Notes under the pieces: model-generated
Databases searched by the model: none
Seen by the model: only the letters and a program-made list of their open reading frames with translations
What the model was told of the DNA's origin: nothing
Origin: Tubulanus polymorphus
Lineage: Eukaryota; Animalia; Nemertea
Length of the DNA stretch: 64,000 bases
Direction of reading: 5' to 3'
Assembly: GCF_964204645.1 (NCBI RefSeq)
Contig: NC_134033.1
Coordinates: 15,694,655-15,758,654 of the forward strand
Translations under genes and position numbers: made by a program
Shown here: positions 36,229 through 48,959 of the stretch, piece after piece
How positions within the stretch are numbered: position 1 is the stretch's first letter
Layout: each line of letters starts with the position of its first letter

Positions 36229-37782
36229 ATCGGGCAATCGTCGCTATAGACTGGCAAACCGGTTTACCCGATTGGGCAAACGTCGTTATAGACAGGCAAA
36301 CCGGTTTACCCGATTGGGCAAACGTCGTTATAGACAGGCAAACAGGTTTACCCGATTGGGCAAACGTCGTTATAGACAGGCAAACCGGTTTACCCGATTG
36401 GGCAAACGTCGTTATAGACAGGCAAACCGGTTTACCCGATTGGGCAAACGTCGTTATAGACAGGCAAACAGGTTTACCCGATTGGGCAAACGTCGTTATA
36501 GACTGGCAAACCGGTTTACCCGATTGGGCAAACGTCGTTATAGACAGGCAAACCGGTTTACCCGATTGGGCAAACGTCGTTATAGACAGGCAAACCGGTT
36601 TACCCGATTGGGCAAACGTCGTTATAGACAGGCAAACAGGTTTACCCGATTGGGCAAACGTCGTTATAGACAGGCAAACCGGTTTACCCGATTGGGCAAA
36701 CGTCGTTATAGACAGGCAAACCGGTTTACCCGATTGGGCAAACGTCGTTATAGACAGGCAAACCGGTTTACCCGATTGGGCAAACGTCGTTATAGACAGG
36801 CAAACAGGTTTACCCGATTGGGCAAACGTCGTTATAGACAGGCAAACCGGTTTACCCGATTGGGCAAACATCGTTATAGACAGGCAAACAGGTTTACCCA
36901 ATTGGGCAAACGTCGCTATAGACAGGCAAACCGGTTTACCCGATTGGGCAAACGTCGTTATAGACAGGCAAACAGGTTTACCAGATTGGGCAAACGTCGT
37001 TATAGACAGGCAAACAGGTTTACCCAATTGGGCAAACGTCGCTATAGACAGGCAAACCGGTTTACCCGATTGGGCAAACGTCGTTATAGACAGGCAAACA
37101 GGTTTACCAGATTGGGCAAACGTCGTTATAGACAGGCAAACCGGTTTACCCGATTGGGCAAACGTCGTTATAGACAGGCAAACAGGTTTACCCGATTGGG
37201 CAAACGTCGCTATAGACAGGCAAACCGGTTTACCCGATTGGGCAAACGTCGCTATAGACAGGCAAACCGGTTTACCCGATTGGGCAAACGTCGTTATAGA
37301 CAGGCAAACAGGTTTACCAGATTGGGCAAACGTCGTTATAGACAGGCAAACAGGTTTACCAGATTGGGCAAACGTCGTTATAGACAGGCAAACAGGTTTA
37401 CCCGATTGGGCAAACGTCGTTATAGACAGGCAAACAGGTTTACCAGATTGGGCAAACGTCGTTATAGACAGGCAAACAGGTTTACCAGATTGGGCAAACG
37501 TCGCTATAGACAGGCAAACCGGTTTACCCGATTGGGCAAACGTCGTTATAGACAGGCAAACAGGTTTACCAGATTGGGCAAACGTCGTTATAGACAGGCA
37601 AACAGGTTTACCAGATTGGGCAAACGTCGTTATAGACAGGCAAACAGGTTTACCCGATTGGGCAAACGTCGTTATAGACAGGCAAACCGGTTTACCCGAT
37701 TGGGCAAACGTCGTTATAGACAGGCAAACCGGTTTACCCGATTGGGCAAACGTCGTTATAGACAGGCAAACAGGTTCACCAG
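36229..37782. repeat. 42-bp tandem array, 36 full units plus partial units (CGTCGTTATAGACAGGCAAACCGGTTTACCCGATTGGGCAAA); open in + frame (RRYRQANRFTRLGK)n and - frame (GKPVCLSITTFAQS)n
   Basis: Seen directly. There are no indels, and the unit contains the internal palindromes AAACCGGTTT and GTTTACCCGATTGGGCAAAC. Confidence 0.98.
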
Positions 37783-38006
37783 ATATCTCTATTCAGTATT
37801 CCTATATCTAAAGTGTATCAGAAATAGTACAGAAGACTTCGCTCGAGTCAGATCTGTTGGGACCGTAAAATGTGCCCGACTCAAGTGATGCCCAATTTGG
37901 ATGTTATGTATTTCCAAATGTAGTATCACAAAAAACATTTTTTTTTAAAACATCCGAGTTGAACGGTTATCTCTGAGTTAATAGGATCCGACTCGGGCGG
38001 AGTCTA

Positions 38007-38119
38007 CTGGATCCATTTCCACAGTTGTGAGTTAGAGTTAACTCTGAGTTAAAATTAGTTCATTTTCAATGTTTTAACTCAGAGTCAAATCTTAACTCAC
38101 GACTGTGGAACTGGGCCCT
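38007..38119. mobile_element. MITE family GGATCCAGTTCCACAGTTGTGAGTTA...TAACTCAC.ACTGTGGAACTGGGCCC; also at 28310-28495 and 44674-44780
   Basis: Palindromic structure and multiple dispersed copies. Confidence 0.75.
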
Positions 38120-38340
38120 GTAGTTTACTTGAAGATGAACTAGAAATTATTCTGATTTTGAGAGAGCTTGTATTTTGATATTTTTCGGTGAAGTCGAGAG
38201 CTCTTAAAAAGTAGAAACTATTGTCAAATAGTCGTCGTAGTCCGGTGTCGACCGGACGCTCGACCTCGCAAATCTCTTCGAAATAAAAGTTGATAATAAC
38301 TATATGTGACATTTACACACGCATTTTACAACTGCGCCTA

Positions 38341-38440
38341 GGGCCCAGTTTCACAAAAAAAGATTTCAGCCTAAATCGATTTACGATTAACGAAGAAATT
38401 GAATCGATTCTAAAGAGACATTTTTGTGAAAGTGGGCCCA
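38341..38440. mobile_element. MITE with GGCCCAGTTTCACAAAAA termini; also at 40620-40752
   Basis: TIRs; CTG is duplicated at the 40620 copy. Confidence 0.65.
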
Positions 38441-41400
38441 GTGTTTAAATACCAGACTGCTGTACAAAAAAAAACTAAAATCAATCGAAGATCATAAAAA
38501 ATAACTGAACTGTGTGTTAAATTCTATACAGAAATCTACCAGGATCCAGTTCGATCGATGTCGGGCTAATTTCACTGTAGAGTTTGTAGATTTGAAATGG
38601 GTCTCAATGAGCCATCGATGCCCTCAATTTGCTATATCTATCAGAAGCGAGATACTTTGGGGTCTTGCGTTAAAGATCCCTTTCGTATAAAACCCCTATA
38701 AACATGAGACTTACAATTAAATTGTTGTTTACGTACTATGCGACAATTGTTAAAACAGTTCTGATATGATTGTCAAATATCCCGTAGATGGTTGCTCTAT
38801 TTATCAAAGATGAGATATTTGGGGGTCCTTAGGTTTAGCATAGCATACTTTATATAGGTGTCACTTTCTTCCAAGTCAGTTTCTTGTATGTTAATGAACA
38901 AATTGACCGCAAATATTGTCCTGATTAGACCGAAATCCGGATTAAGTCGATCAGGATTAAGCGGATTTGACTGTATCTAAAAGGTCTTAGATCTTAGATT
39001 AAGGGGGTCTTGGGTTAAGTGACATTTTAAGTTAAAGTTCATTTCCAATCAGTCGAACTCTAGACTGAAATTTCGCTCGACAACTATCAGACAGGGTCCA
39101 GGATTTCAGGTTCATGATTGTAACAAACCGACACAAATTCACACGTCGTCGGTCGAAAAAATACATCCACTGCACGTCAAATAACAGGTGTCGCGTCAGC
39201 CGAGTTCACAACGAAAATACAGCGAAATTAAAATCATATTCTATTTGTGGAATGTTGAAAATGGATACACGCTTAAAAAGAGGCCTGCACAAAAAATACA
39301 ACGTAAATCTCGGTAAATTTTTTCGTAGTGAAATTAATCTATTGCTCCATAACAACTTGCTAAAATACGGCAGCCGCTCGATGAAGTTGGTTAGTTAAAC
39401 TGATGGATAAATACAGTACAACTTGCTTCAGTCGGATCAGTTTTATTCCGGTTTTCACTTATTTCCCCTCTGGGTTATCTTTATTCAAATAAGAGCACAT
39501 AATTCGGATTTTGTTAAATTCGGGCACAATTTTCCAATTCGAGGTGATCCGAATTAAGCGAGTTTTAATGTAAACTAATACAATTTCAATCGTCAGATTT
39601 GCATTTTCACCAGTTGTCTTTAACCAAGTTTTCAGTAACCAGGCCCTGGAATAATACAGATGAAACTGGTAAATTATTCGCGTTTGAAATATTTGCTTTT
39701 CTTCCAATTCACGTGTAGGTTTTTCATCGTTTTATATCAAGCCGAGGTTCGACCAATTCAACGTCGAAACAGTCGCTCGCTCTGTCATCACTGGACGGAC
39801 GAAACCACTCCGATCACGAATGACTCCCTACCCCTCACCCTGATGAACATGGGTGCTTTCTTTACCCTGCCTCCCCATTAGAGTAAGGGTCAACACCGAG
39901 AACAGACGGTCTCCCCTCCTGACACGCGAGGGCCACTTAAATTCCCCCTTTTCCCCTCCTCCGATGAACGGGGGCGGATCAAAGAGGCTTATTTTGAAGG
40001 ACTTGTCATATCCAAAAAGGACGGCACTGAGGGGCCAATTCTTAAGAACTTGTCACATCCCAAAAAGGCACTTCGATGTCGAAGTCTTTGATGTTTAAGC
40101 GTACTCCCGCACTGGAATGCACCAATTTTTTTGTTAGTTGGCAAAATGAAAAGGGGAAATATTTGATGGACTCGTACAAGTCTAAGTTAAGTCTCCTGGA
40201 TCCACCCCAGCCATCGTTTCCACAACAAATAAAAATTCGATAAAATTACAACAAATTTGTGCCCGAACAATCACAATAGACTACGCGGCTTGCCACGGAG
40301 CTGATCACAACCTAAAATCATCCAACTCCAATTCAAGCAATGATGACCCATGATCGCTCCGACTGCCTACAGAATTCACTCGCATCGGAGATTAATATTT
40401 TGGTCCCGCGAGATCCGAAGTTATCAAATTTCACCACCGTACTCATCTAAAACCGGTGAAACAACGAAAAACAAAATATCGACCGCTCAACTGGCGGTAT
40501 TTTAACATCGATCAATTAATCACATCATTCGATAAAAAAAATCTCATTTCTTCAGCGAGTAACGAAACAAAAAATAATGCACGACGATTTCGTCGAAAAT
40601 TACGAGCAAATTCGACTCCTGGACCCAGTTTCACGAAAAAGTTTAAGCCTAAGACGGTTAAGTTTGAATTGTTGTCCTCGTTGAAAACATGAAGTAACCA
40701 ATGGGGATTACACCAAATATTTGAGTTTAACTTTTTTGTGAAGCCGAGCCCTGGCCCTCAGAAAATACACTCCGCTTCCACAAGCCCAGGGACCAGTTCC
40801 ATAGTCAAGGCTAAGACTTAAGACCGGTCTAAGATCAACTTAGTTCTATAGCCAATCTAACAACTTAAGACCAGTCTTAAGATTTAAGACCACTTTTGGT
40901 CTTAAGTCTTGACTATGGAACCGGCCCCTCAGTAGCTTCGGTTGTTTGTAAGCAGGGTCAAACGCGCTTAAGTCGTTGTAATTGCGATGATTATTACGTC
41001 GAGGACTTATCAAAATGATGACTTATGCTTAGTAAATTGAGTTGGAAATACGAATGCAGATTGGGGCTCAAAAAAATGGAGATGACTTCAGCGATGTGAC
41101 GACTTATCCAATCCAAATGACATTTAGTAAATTGAATTGGAAATATGCAGATTGGGACTATAATTAGGACAACTATAAGCGATGTGACTTCATTAACTGA
41201 TCTCGACTCAAGCGAGTTTGACTGCGTCAGGGTTTTCATTAATCGGTTAATCCCGAATTGCCCGATATTTCCACGATCCTCGACTAGCGGAATTACCGAG
41301 ATATTCTCCACGGGGCTCGTAGGAAGTGAATTCTGTCGAATCAACGATCATCGGCAGGCTGATTATAAGTGAGTTTATAGTTATTGTATATCGTATAAGA

Positions 41401-41539
41401 CTGGCGCGAAAAAAAAAAAACAACAAATTCTCTTGCGTCGAGTGAAGTGTCAGTCGTCGCGAGGTGGAGCGAGTATCCACCCGCTATCCACACATCAGCA
41501 TCCACTATTCAGTTATGTATCTGTATGTCCGGGATTTGA

Positions 41540-44500
41540 CTAGTGTAACACGCTGGATACATCCCATAACTGGAAATAGATCGAAACAAAATCTTAAATA
41601 TCGGTTCAAATAAGTGGCACCTACAGTAGTTGTAGAGCATGTAGAGCATGTAGAGCATATGTAATGGACTTATGGCAACATCAATCTGCTGTCCAGACCC
41701 TGTGCATCCTTTTAGAAATAAGATGACTGCCTCATGAATCCCCTGATGATATTATCAAATTGATTACCGAAACCTAGTCTCTCAAATGCGAGGAAATTGC
41801 ATTGAAATGCATGGATATTTCTTTGTGTTCCAGTCAAATTCCACCCCTGGATTTGCCTCTGAGGCTGAGGAGGTCGGGTGCAGGATTGCTCCGGACTTCA
41901 GGACGAGAGGATAAGCTCGAGGGCATGCTCCAGACTGCCGGTTGAGGGAATTGGTGGAGCTGTAGGGTGAAAGGGTGGCTCCAGGCTACATGCCGAGGAT
42001 TAGCACCCGGCTCCAGGGGATTGGCTTACAGGCTGAAGGGGTGGCTCCAGGATGCATGCTGAGAGGATAAGTGCCACGATCCAGGCCGCAGGCTCAATGG
42101 GTGGCTCCAGGCTGCAGATTAATACCGGTACCTGACACTCACCTTAATAACTTTATCTTTGCCGACTGTTAATAGAATTTTACGAATTTCGTCCAAATCC
42201 ATGTGGACAATACTGTGTCGCGAGTCGTGGAATGTCGCCATGGGAACGCGGTCCTCGTCGGTAACCGTTTGACTGCATTCCGCGCAGACCCGCACGTCGA
42301 ATTCGTACCCCATTATCGGTATCGACGTGCGGTTACCGCTGCATTTGTCGCAGACGGCTTTTCCACATTTACGGCAATGGTGCTAAAAGAGGAGAAAATG
42401 AATAATTCGCATTAAGCTCGCGTCGAGGATGAATTTCTGGTTATGGTATTACGTCACGCGGGAACTACAAACGAAGACAGTTTTAACTATAACCATCGGT
42501 GATACAATATTCCACGTTTTAATGATAGAAAATCCCACATTCATATAGCAGAAGATTAAGTGTGAAAAGTTTCCTTTCCGGTGTAGATTTATTCGACTAT
42601 ATCCTGATAGTCATCTTCAGGAATACTGTATACATTGAGCTAGTGTAGTTTATTCAACGTTTCGACTTTATCCTGATAGTCATCTTCAGAAATAATGAGT
42701 GAAACAAAATATCTATATATGATATAAATATCTAGATATGTCTCTAAGAACTAAGAGACAAATTAAGTAAGCTCAACCAAGAATATTAAGTATTCCTAAG
42801 CATTCCGAAGGCAGGGAGCGAGAAATGTGGAAGATCGTCTGCCAAAGGTACTAAGTTTGGTATAATATAAGCTAATTGTCCCATTTAGATCTAAGTTGAT
42901 GAGAAGGTGAATATTTTGGGAGAAGTTTGCAGAGATAATCATCTCTGTAAACAAGATATTTATAACTACGTGTCACGATACAAACTGCGTCTGGCGCGAA
43001 AATTACATCGACAACCGATTCGTCGAAAGCGCCACCTACCTGTCTCGTTCCTATCGTTTTTTCTTCCCACATTTTCTTTAAATTCCAGAAAAATGGCGTG
43101 CCGCATTTTTGACAGTGGTCGCCTTCGGCCCACTCGGGAGTCTGAAATTAAAAATGACCTTTCACATCAATCCTCTGATTTGAGAATCAATTGAGATATT
43201 GAAGAGTAGGGTTCAATTGAACAGTAAGGAGTGAAGTCCTTAATCAAAGTCAGAAATAGACAAGAGTCTCGAATTATGGTCGTTCATCTAAGGTAGGTTT
43301 CAATAGTAAGTATTCCGGTGTTTAGGAATACAAATTCCACTTATTACAAACTCTCTATCGGCAGCTTCTATCAGGTTTACAGATTACAAACTCTCTACCG
43401 GCCGCTTCTATCAGATTTACAGATTACAAACTCTCTATCGGCAGCTTCTATCAGGTTTACAGATTACTAACTCTCTACCGGCCGCTTCTATCAGGTTTAC
43501 GGATTACAAACTCTCTACCGGCCGCTTCTATCAGGTTTACAGATTACAAACTCTCTACCGGCCGCTTCTATCAGGTTTACAGATTACAAACTCTCTATCG
43601 GCAGCTTCTATCAGGATTACAGATTACAAACTCTCTACCGGCCGCTTCTATCGGGTTTACAGATTACAAACTCTCTACCGGCCGCTTCTATCGGGTTTAC
43701 AGATTACAAACTCTCTACCGGCAGCTTCTATCAGGTTTACAGATTACAAACTCTCTACCGGGGCTGCTTCTATCAGGTTTACAGATTACAAACTCTCTAT
43801 CGACCGCTTCTATCAGGTTTACAGATTACAAACTCTCTACCGGCCGCTTCTATCAGGTTTACAGATTACAAACTCTCTACCGGGGCTGCTTCTATCAGGT
43901 TTACAGATTACAAACTCTCTACCGGGGCTGCTTCTATCAGGTTTACAGATTACAAACTCTCTACCGGCCGCTTCTATCAGGTTTACAGATTACAAACTCT
44001 CTACCGGCAGCTTTTATCAGGTTGACAGATTACGTTATTCCGGAATAGTTAGAGCATATTCTGGTCTAACCGAACACGTCAGAAGAGAATTCCGAATTCA
44101 TTAGAGACCAATCGAAACCTATCAAAACCTTGACAGTGTAACTCAGGTTCACTGACCTCTTGGCGTTTGATGTCCATTGTCCAGATAACTAATGCATTAT
44201 CATCACCGGCTGATAGTAACTGTTTTGTACTCGCGGCATAAATCACAGATTGTACTTTATCACTGAAAATGAATACCGATTTTAGATTTTAAGGGATTTA
44301 TAACTGTTTTGAGATCAGGCGCAGATCCAAGCGGTCTACTGGGCCTTGTACGCGATCCTCAAATTTTTAAATCTATTGATTTAATGAATGAACTAAATGA
44401 ACTAAACATGTTGTTAACCCTTTCAGTGCGTCTGCACCGCAGTGCGGTGTACGAATCAGTGATGGATTTTGCTAGTACACCGCACTGCGGTGTATTGATT

Positions 44501-47500
44501 TAATTTACTTACTGATGACCTTGTAATTCGAAGGCCGTCCCCTGTTGACCCCCGATGTCCCAGACGATTATCGTCTGGTCGAAACTTCCGGAAAATAGTA
44601 AACTGCGTTCCACGTCCCACGACAAACACCTTATACTACCTGCAATTATATAATACAGTAATTTGTGAAATCTGGGATCCAGTTCTACAGTTGCTACTTG
44701 AGAGTAAGCCCTTAACTCAGAATCAAGTCCTACAGTTGTGAGTTAGAATTAACTCTGAACTGGGACCCAGTTCCACAGTATGGTGTGATTGAGTTATAGT
44801 AACACCTGTTGAACTGACTGGGGTTGTGCAAGTACCTCCCTGCCCGTCTCCCACATGATATACTATTCATTTACCCGAGTGTCCCTTGAGAGTTGTGATG
44901 ACCTCCAGACGATTTTCGAGTAGTTTAATAACGGTGACTTGACCGGAATAATCACCGACGAACGCGTAACGAGACTGAGAGTCAAATCTGTAGAGTTATC
45001 ATCAAGGATTCATAACAGACATTCCATACCGTAGACCGCTCGTAACAACAGAAAATCTGCAGTAATTCAACACTTGCCGGTTGAACGGTCATGCTGGGTC
45101 GAGAAGATCATCAGTTACAATGGTTCGATACACGAAAGACGGTCTCTCATTTGGCTGATATTTTTGATGTAGTAATGAAGAATTCTGATGATGATATGTC
45201 TCGGGAGGAACGACGATAACTATCATCACTCCTCCCAAGACATATTATCATGATGACGATGGCTGGCCCGACGATCTGGACGACTAAGCCGGTCCGTGAC
45301 CAGAGGGGTCAGACACAGAGGGTGACCTCCCAAAGTTGGCCAACTCGATATCATTTGAAAGCTTGCGAAAAGAGCTTTCAGAAAATGTATACGTTTATGA
45401 CATTAGCCCTCATATCTACTGAGGTATTAAGTTTTCCCTCGTCTGGTCCAAAATCGTTTTCAGGCTGAAAGGTTAAGCGAGTTTGGCTTGACCAAGTTAA
45501 ACATCTACCCCGAGGGATAACTCATGATATCCAGCCCATTAAAACAGGTTTGGGTTGAGGACCTATCCCTACAAATAACTTTTGATATCCAGTCCATAAA
45601 GTAGGATCAGTGTATCTCAACTATTATCAAGTAAAGGATACTGTAGACAAGTACACCAAGCAGACGTCTGGAACCCACCGAGACGACGACCCGTCTCCGA
45701 ACAATGCCACTGGAAATATTTATCTCGACCGGTGCTAAGCAACCATTCACACGTCAACGCGTAGATTATCCCCGTCACTCGACTTTGATGCGCTGAAAAG
45801 TAGTAGTAAATGTTTGATGATTGAATTAGTTATTCTCAAGTGTCGAGTTGGAGATTAAATTTCATACAAATCAAATGCGAAAACAGGTAGCACTTTGTAG
45901 GTTAACTGATATTCTATTAGCTCAATTAGTCGGTCTTATTACTTGCGGGTTTTTTCTTCAAGTACACCTACTACCTGTTTTCTCGTTAGACCAGCATATT
46001 TCCAACAGAATTATGGCGATGAATTATGATTATTTGATTATTTTCAGGATATCTTACCGAGATACGTTCGACTGTGCGTCATACGATTAAAATCATCGGC
46101 TAAAGAGAATTCCTACAAAACGAAGAAATTCAAATTTTTTAAAACGATAGTAAACAGTTAACTGGTCTGCTATAGTTCAGTAGACTGCGCGGAGCTCGCA
46201 GAAACTCCCTCAAACAGGGCGCCGCCACTTTCTGTCCATTTACAAATGCCCTGAATTGTCCACGTGATTACACAAAATTCCCCAGAGAAATTTCTAGGTT
46301 TAAATGTTACGATTCATTTATTTTTCATCGAATCACAAACTGATAAAGTAACATGTGGTCAATACCGTTATATTATGAGAACTCCCCTAGTTCTCGAGGT
46401 TTTAGGTTAAAATTTTTCGAATTCCCTGGGGTCGGTTTTATAGACTGGTATTACCTTTAACCCGTGGGTTAACTAAAAGTGTTTTCAACCAAGTTAGCCC
46501 ACGGGTTAAAGGTAATACTGATCTATAAACCCAGCCCTGAGTTTTCCTTGATTTTTCTGATTCCCCGATATTTCTAGGTCAGTGGCCATCCTGCCGAAGA
46601 TACGCTAATTTCGGGGTACTTGGACCAGGGATGGGCCATCATCATCACGATGAATTGGAGTAAAATAATTTGTTATATATTTTCAGGCGATACACGCGTT
46701 AAAATTCAAGGCAATTGAATCAGATGTATTTTTAGTTCACTTGTATATAGCTACCTGAATGGTTCCGTTGTCTAAACCAATGAACAGTCTTCTTGTTTCC
46801 GGTGTGTAATGCAGAGATGTTGGCGCAACTGAAAAAAAAACACTTGAAAATCAGTCTAAAATTCTAATAACCTTCTGGAGCGAGTTGCATAGTCGTGACT
46901 TAAAGTCAGAAAGTAGTCTTAAATCTTAAGACTGGTCTTAAGTTGTTAGATTGGCTGAAGAACTAAGATAGTCTTAGACTGGTCTTAAGTCTAAGTCATG
47001 ACTATGGAATCAGCTCCTGGGGCCAGTTGCACAGTCATGACTTAAGTCCAAAGGTGGTCTTAAATCTTAAGAATGGTCTTAAGTTGTTAGATTGGCTATA
47101 GAACTAATTTGGTCTTAAACTGGTCTTCAATCTAAGTCATGACTTTGGAACCGGCCCCTGGAGCCAGTTGCATAGTCGTGACTTAAGTCTAAAAGTAGTC
47201 TTAAATCTTGAGACTGGTCGTAAGTTGTTAGATTACCTATAGAACTATGGGCTTAGACTGGTCTTAAGTCTACGCCATGACTGTGCAACCGGCCCCGGGA
47301 GACCTGTTGATCTACAGTTATTGAGTAGTCACAGTGACTCCGAGTTCCACAGAACTGAAGAGTCCTAACGATAGGTCTCCTCAATAGTAGTCACTGGGAC
47401 TACTCCAAACTATTGAACATAAACACAGAACAGAGCTGCTGATATACTACAAACATAATTGACTATTTTTGATTGCCCGGGTAAGAGTCGCGAGACTTGA

Positions 47501-48959
47501 TTATTGGTAATTCAAAAATTGACGAATGCATTTTTTCAGCAGTACTAGATTGAGATTGGATATCAGCAATAAATTGCTGCTGCTGCTGTTGCTGCTGCTG
47601 CTGTTGTTACTGTTAGAATGAAGCAATTTATAGTAATCAGTAACACAGTATTCACAGTGTGATATATCACAGTAAATTACTGCAGAGAACGAGCGTGAAA
47701 TAATTCACACTTAACTTAACTGCGCACAACAAAATTACATCACACCCCAAAACAGTTCTAAAGCCAAGCTCGGGTCGACTAAGATTTGATGATCAGATTA
47801 TTGAGTGCAGTGGAACCTTGTTACAGCGAATTTCACGGGATCAGAAAATCTGTTCGATGTATCCAAGTTCAGTATAACGAGGTTTCACTGTACATACAGA
47901 TCGAGGGGCATGAGTGTACTTACGACCACGACTGATCAGTAACCGGTCTGCGGTTTATTTTCATAAGCCACGAGCCCATCTGATTAAGCAATGGCCACGT
48001 AACAAACTATACCCAAATATAAGCCAAAATTATATTTAGATAAAAAAAAGTTTCAATTTGAAACGTTTTTAGATATTCTTACGCAGGTATCCAAGTGAAC
48101 CCTGACCACCCCCCCCCCCCCTACCTCAGCGTTAGACACTGATAGTTGCATTTAGTGACTTACCGGGCATACAGTGACAGATACTCGGCCAGAATTGTCC
48201 GGTGTCTCGTTTCAACCAAACACGAACGGTACTGAAAATAAACGAAAACAAAGTATTTGAGATCGGCGTTCAGTCCCGAACATGTGACAAGCAATAGACT
48301 AACGGAAGGAAGGGGTCAAGTCATACTTGAACTGGACTATGCTCTATTTCTTAGCAAGCTTTCTGAAGCTGCCACTGCCTCATACGTCTTATAGTTTTAA
48401 CCGTAAAAATGGTAATGTTTATCAGATGTGTGGGCCGATAGGGGACAGGGTTAGCCAGCAACCTCACAGGGAGGTAGCTTATATGTCCCTAGTTCAAGTT
48501 CAAATTTATTTCACAGAAAGCACGACAGGCTATGTGCAGAGATTGAGAGAATCGATGCTCTGGGGCCAGTTCCATAGTCCTGGCTTAGACTTAAGATTTA
48601 AGACAACTTTTCAACTTAGGTCTTGACTATGGAACCGGCATCGACAGTTCAGACACCTGGGCATAGAAATAGTTAAAACATCTGACTGGTGACACTCAAA
48701 TACTCGCGCATTTGTGTTGACAATTATTTGACAGTTGACGCAGACAGACAGCGACTAGCAGTAGCCGGAGAGAAATGAAAGTGACAACTTACCGATCATC
48801 GCAAACACTGATTACTCCATCCTCCCGCGGTATCAACACAGCCATGTGTATCTCATCAGGACTACCCTCCAGTTTATTCAACAGCACCGGTTTACGTACA
48901 TTACCCGCTGACGGAGTTACCGATGGTTTTATCTGCGCTCTCGGTCCTCCACCCTCCAT
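41540..48959 (-). CDS. WDFY2: WD repeat and FYVE domain-containing protein 2 (WDFY1/2 orthologue); 11 exons: 48959-48793, 48231-48164, 46828-46755, 46112-46058, 45792-45643, 44987-44875, 44639-44513, 44262-44157, 43141-43040, 42382-42143, 41569-41540
   Basis: The spliced translation has [46 protein letters not shown]40 repeats, and the FYVE domain [39 protein letters not shown]. Confidence 0.95.
42590..42695 (-). ncRNA. Tandem pair of Penelope-type hammerhead motifs (one core-intact, one deleted), sense to WDFY2 pre-mRNA
   Basis: tattt CTGAAGA T GACT-atcaggataa-AGTC GAAA CG TT gaata at 42651-42695; truncated copy at 42590-42626. Confidence 0.6.
43342..44033. repeat. 40-bp minisatellite, ~17 copies (ATTACAAACTCTCTACCGGCCGCTTCTATCAGGTTTACAG), in a WDFY2 intron
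   Basis: Seen directly; a few units are 41 bp (CCGGGGCTG variants). Confidence 0.97.
46875..47298. mobile_element. Three head-to-tail ~138-bp MITEs (GGGCCAGTTGCACAGTCATGAC termini) separated by single CTG; family also at 15993-16278, 20960-21190, 40788-40928, 48560-48640
   Basis: TIRs, CWG flanks and a shared internal AGACTGGTCTTAAGTTGTTAGATTGGCTATAGAAC motif. Confidence 0.8.
47574..47612. repeat. (CTG/TTG)n microsatellite in a WDFY2 intron
   Basis: Seen directly. Confidence 0.85.

Noticed and set aside
36137-37027. Minus-strand ORF (GKPVCLSITTFAQS)n as a gene
   Set aside because: It is open simply because the 42-bp unit lacks stops. It has no recognisable motif, and one frequent variant is non-synonymous in this frame.
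36229-37782. CRISPR array
   Set aside because: The units are contiguous with no unique spacers, there are no cas genes, and the context is eukaryotic.
43342-44033. 40-bp repeat as coding sequence or CRISPR
   Set aside because: The unit length is not a multiple of 3, it has indel variants and no spacers, and it lies in a WDFY2 intron.
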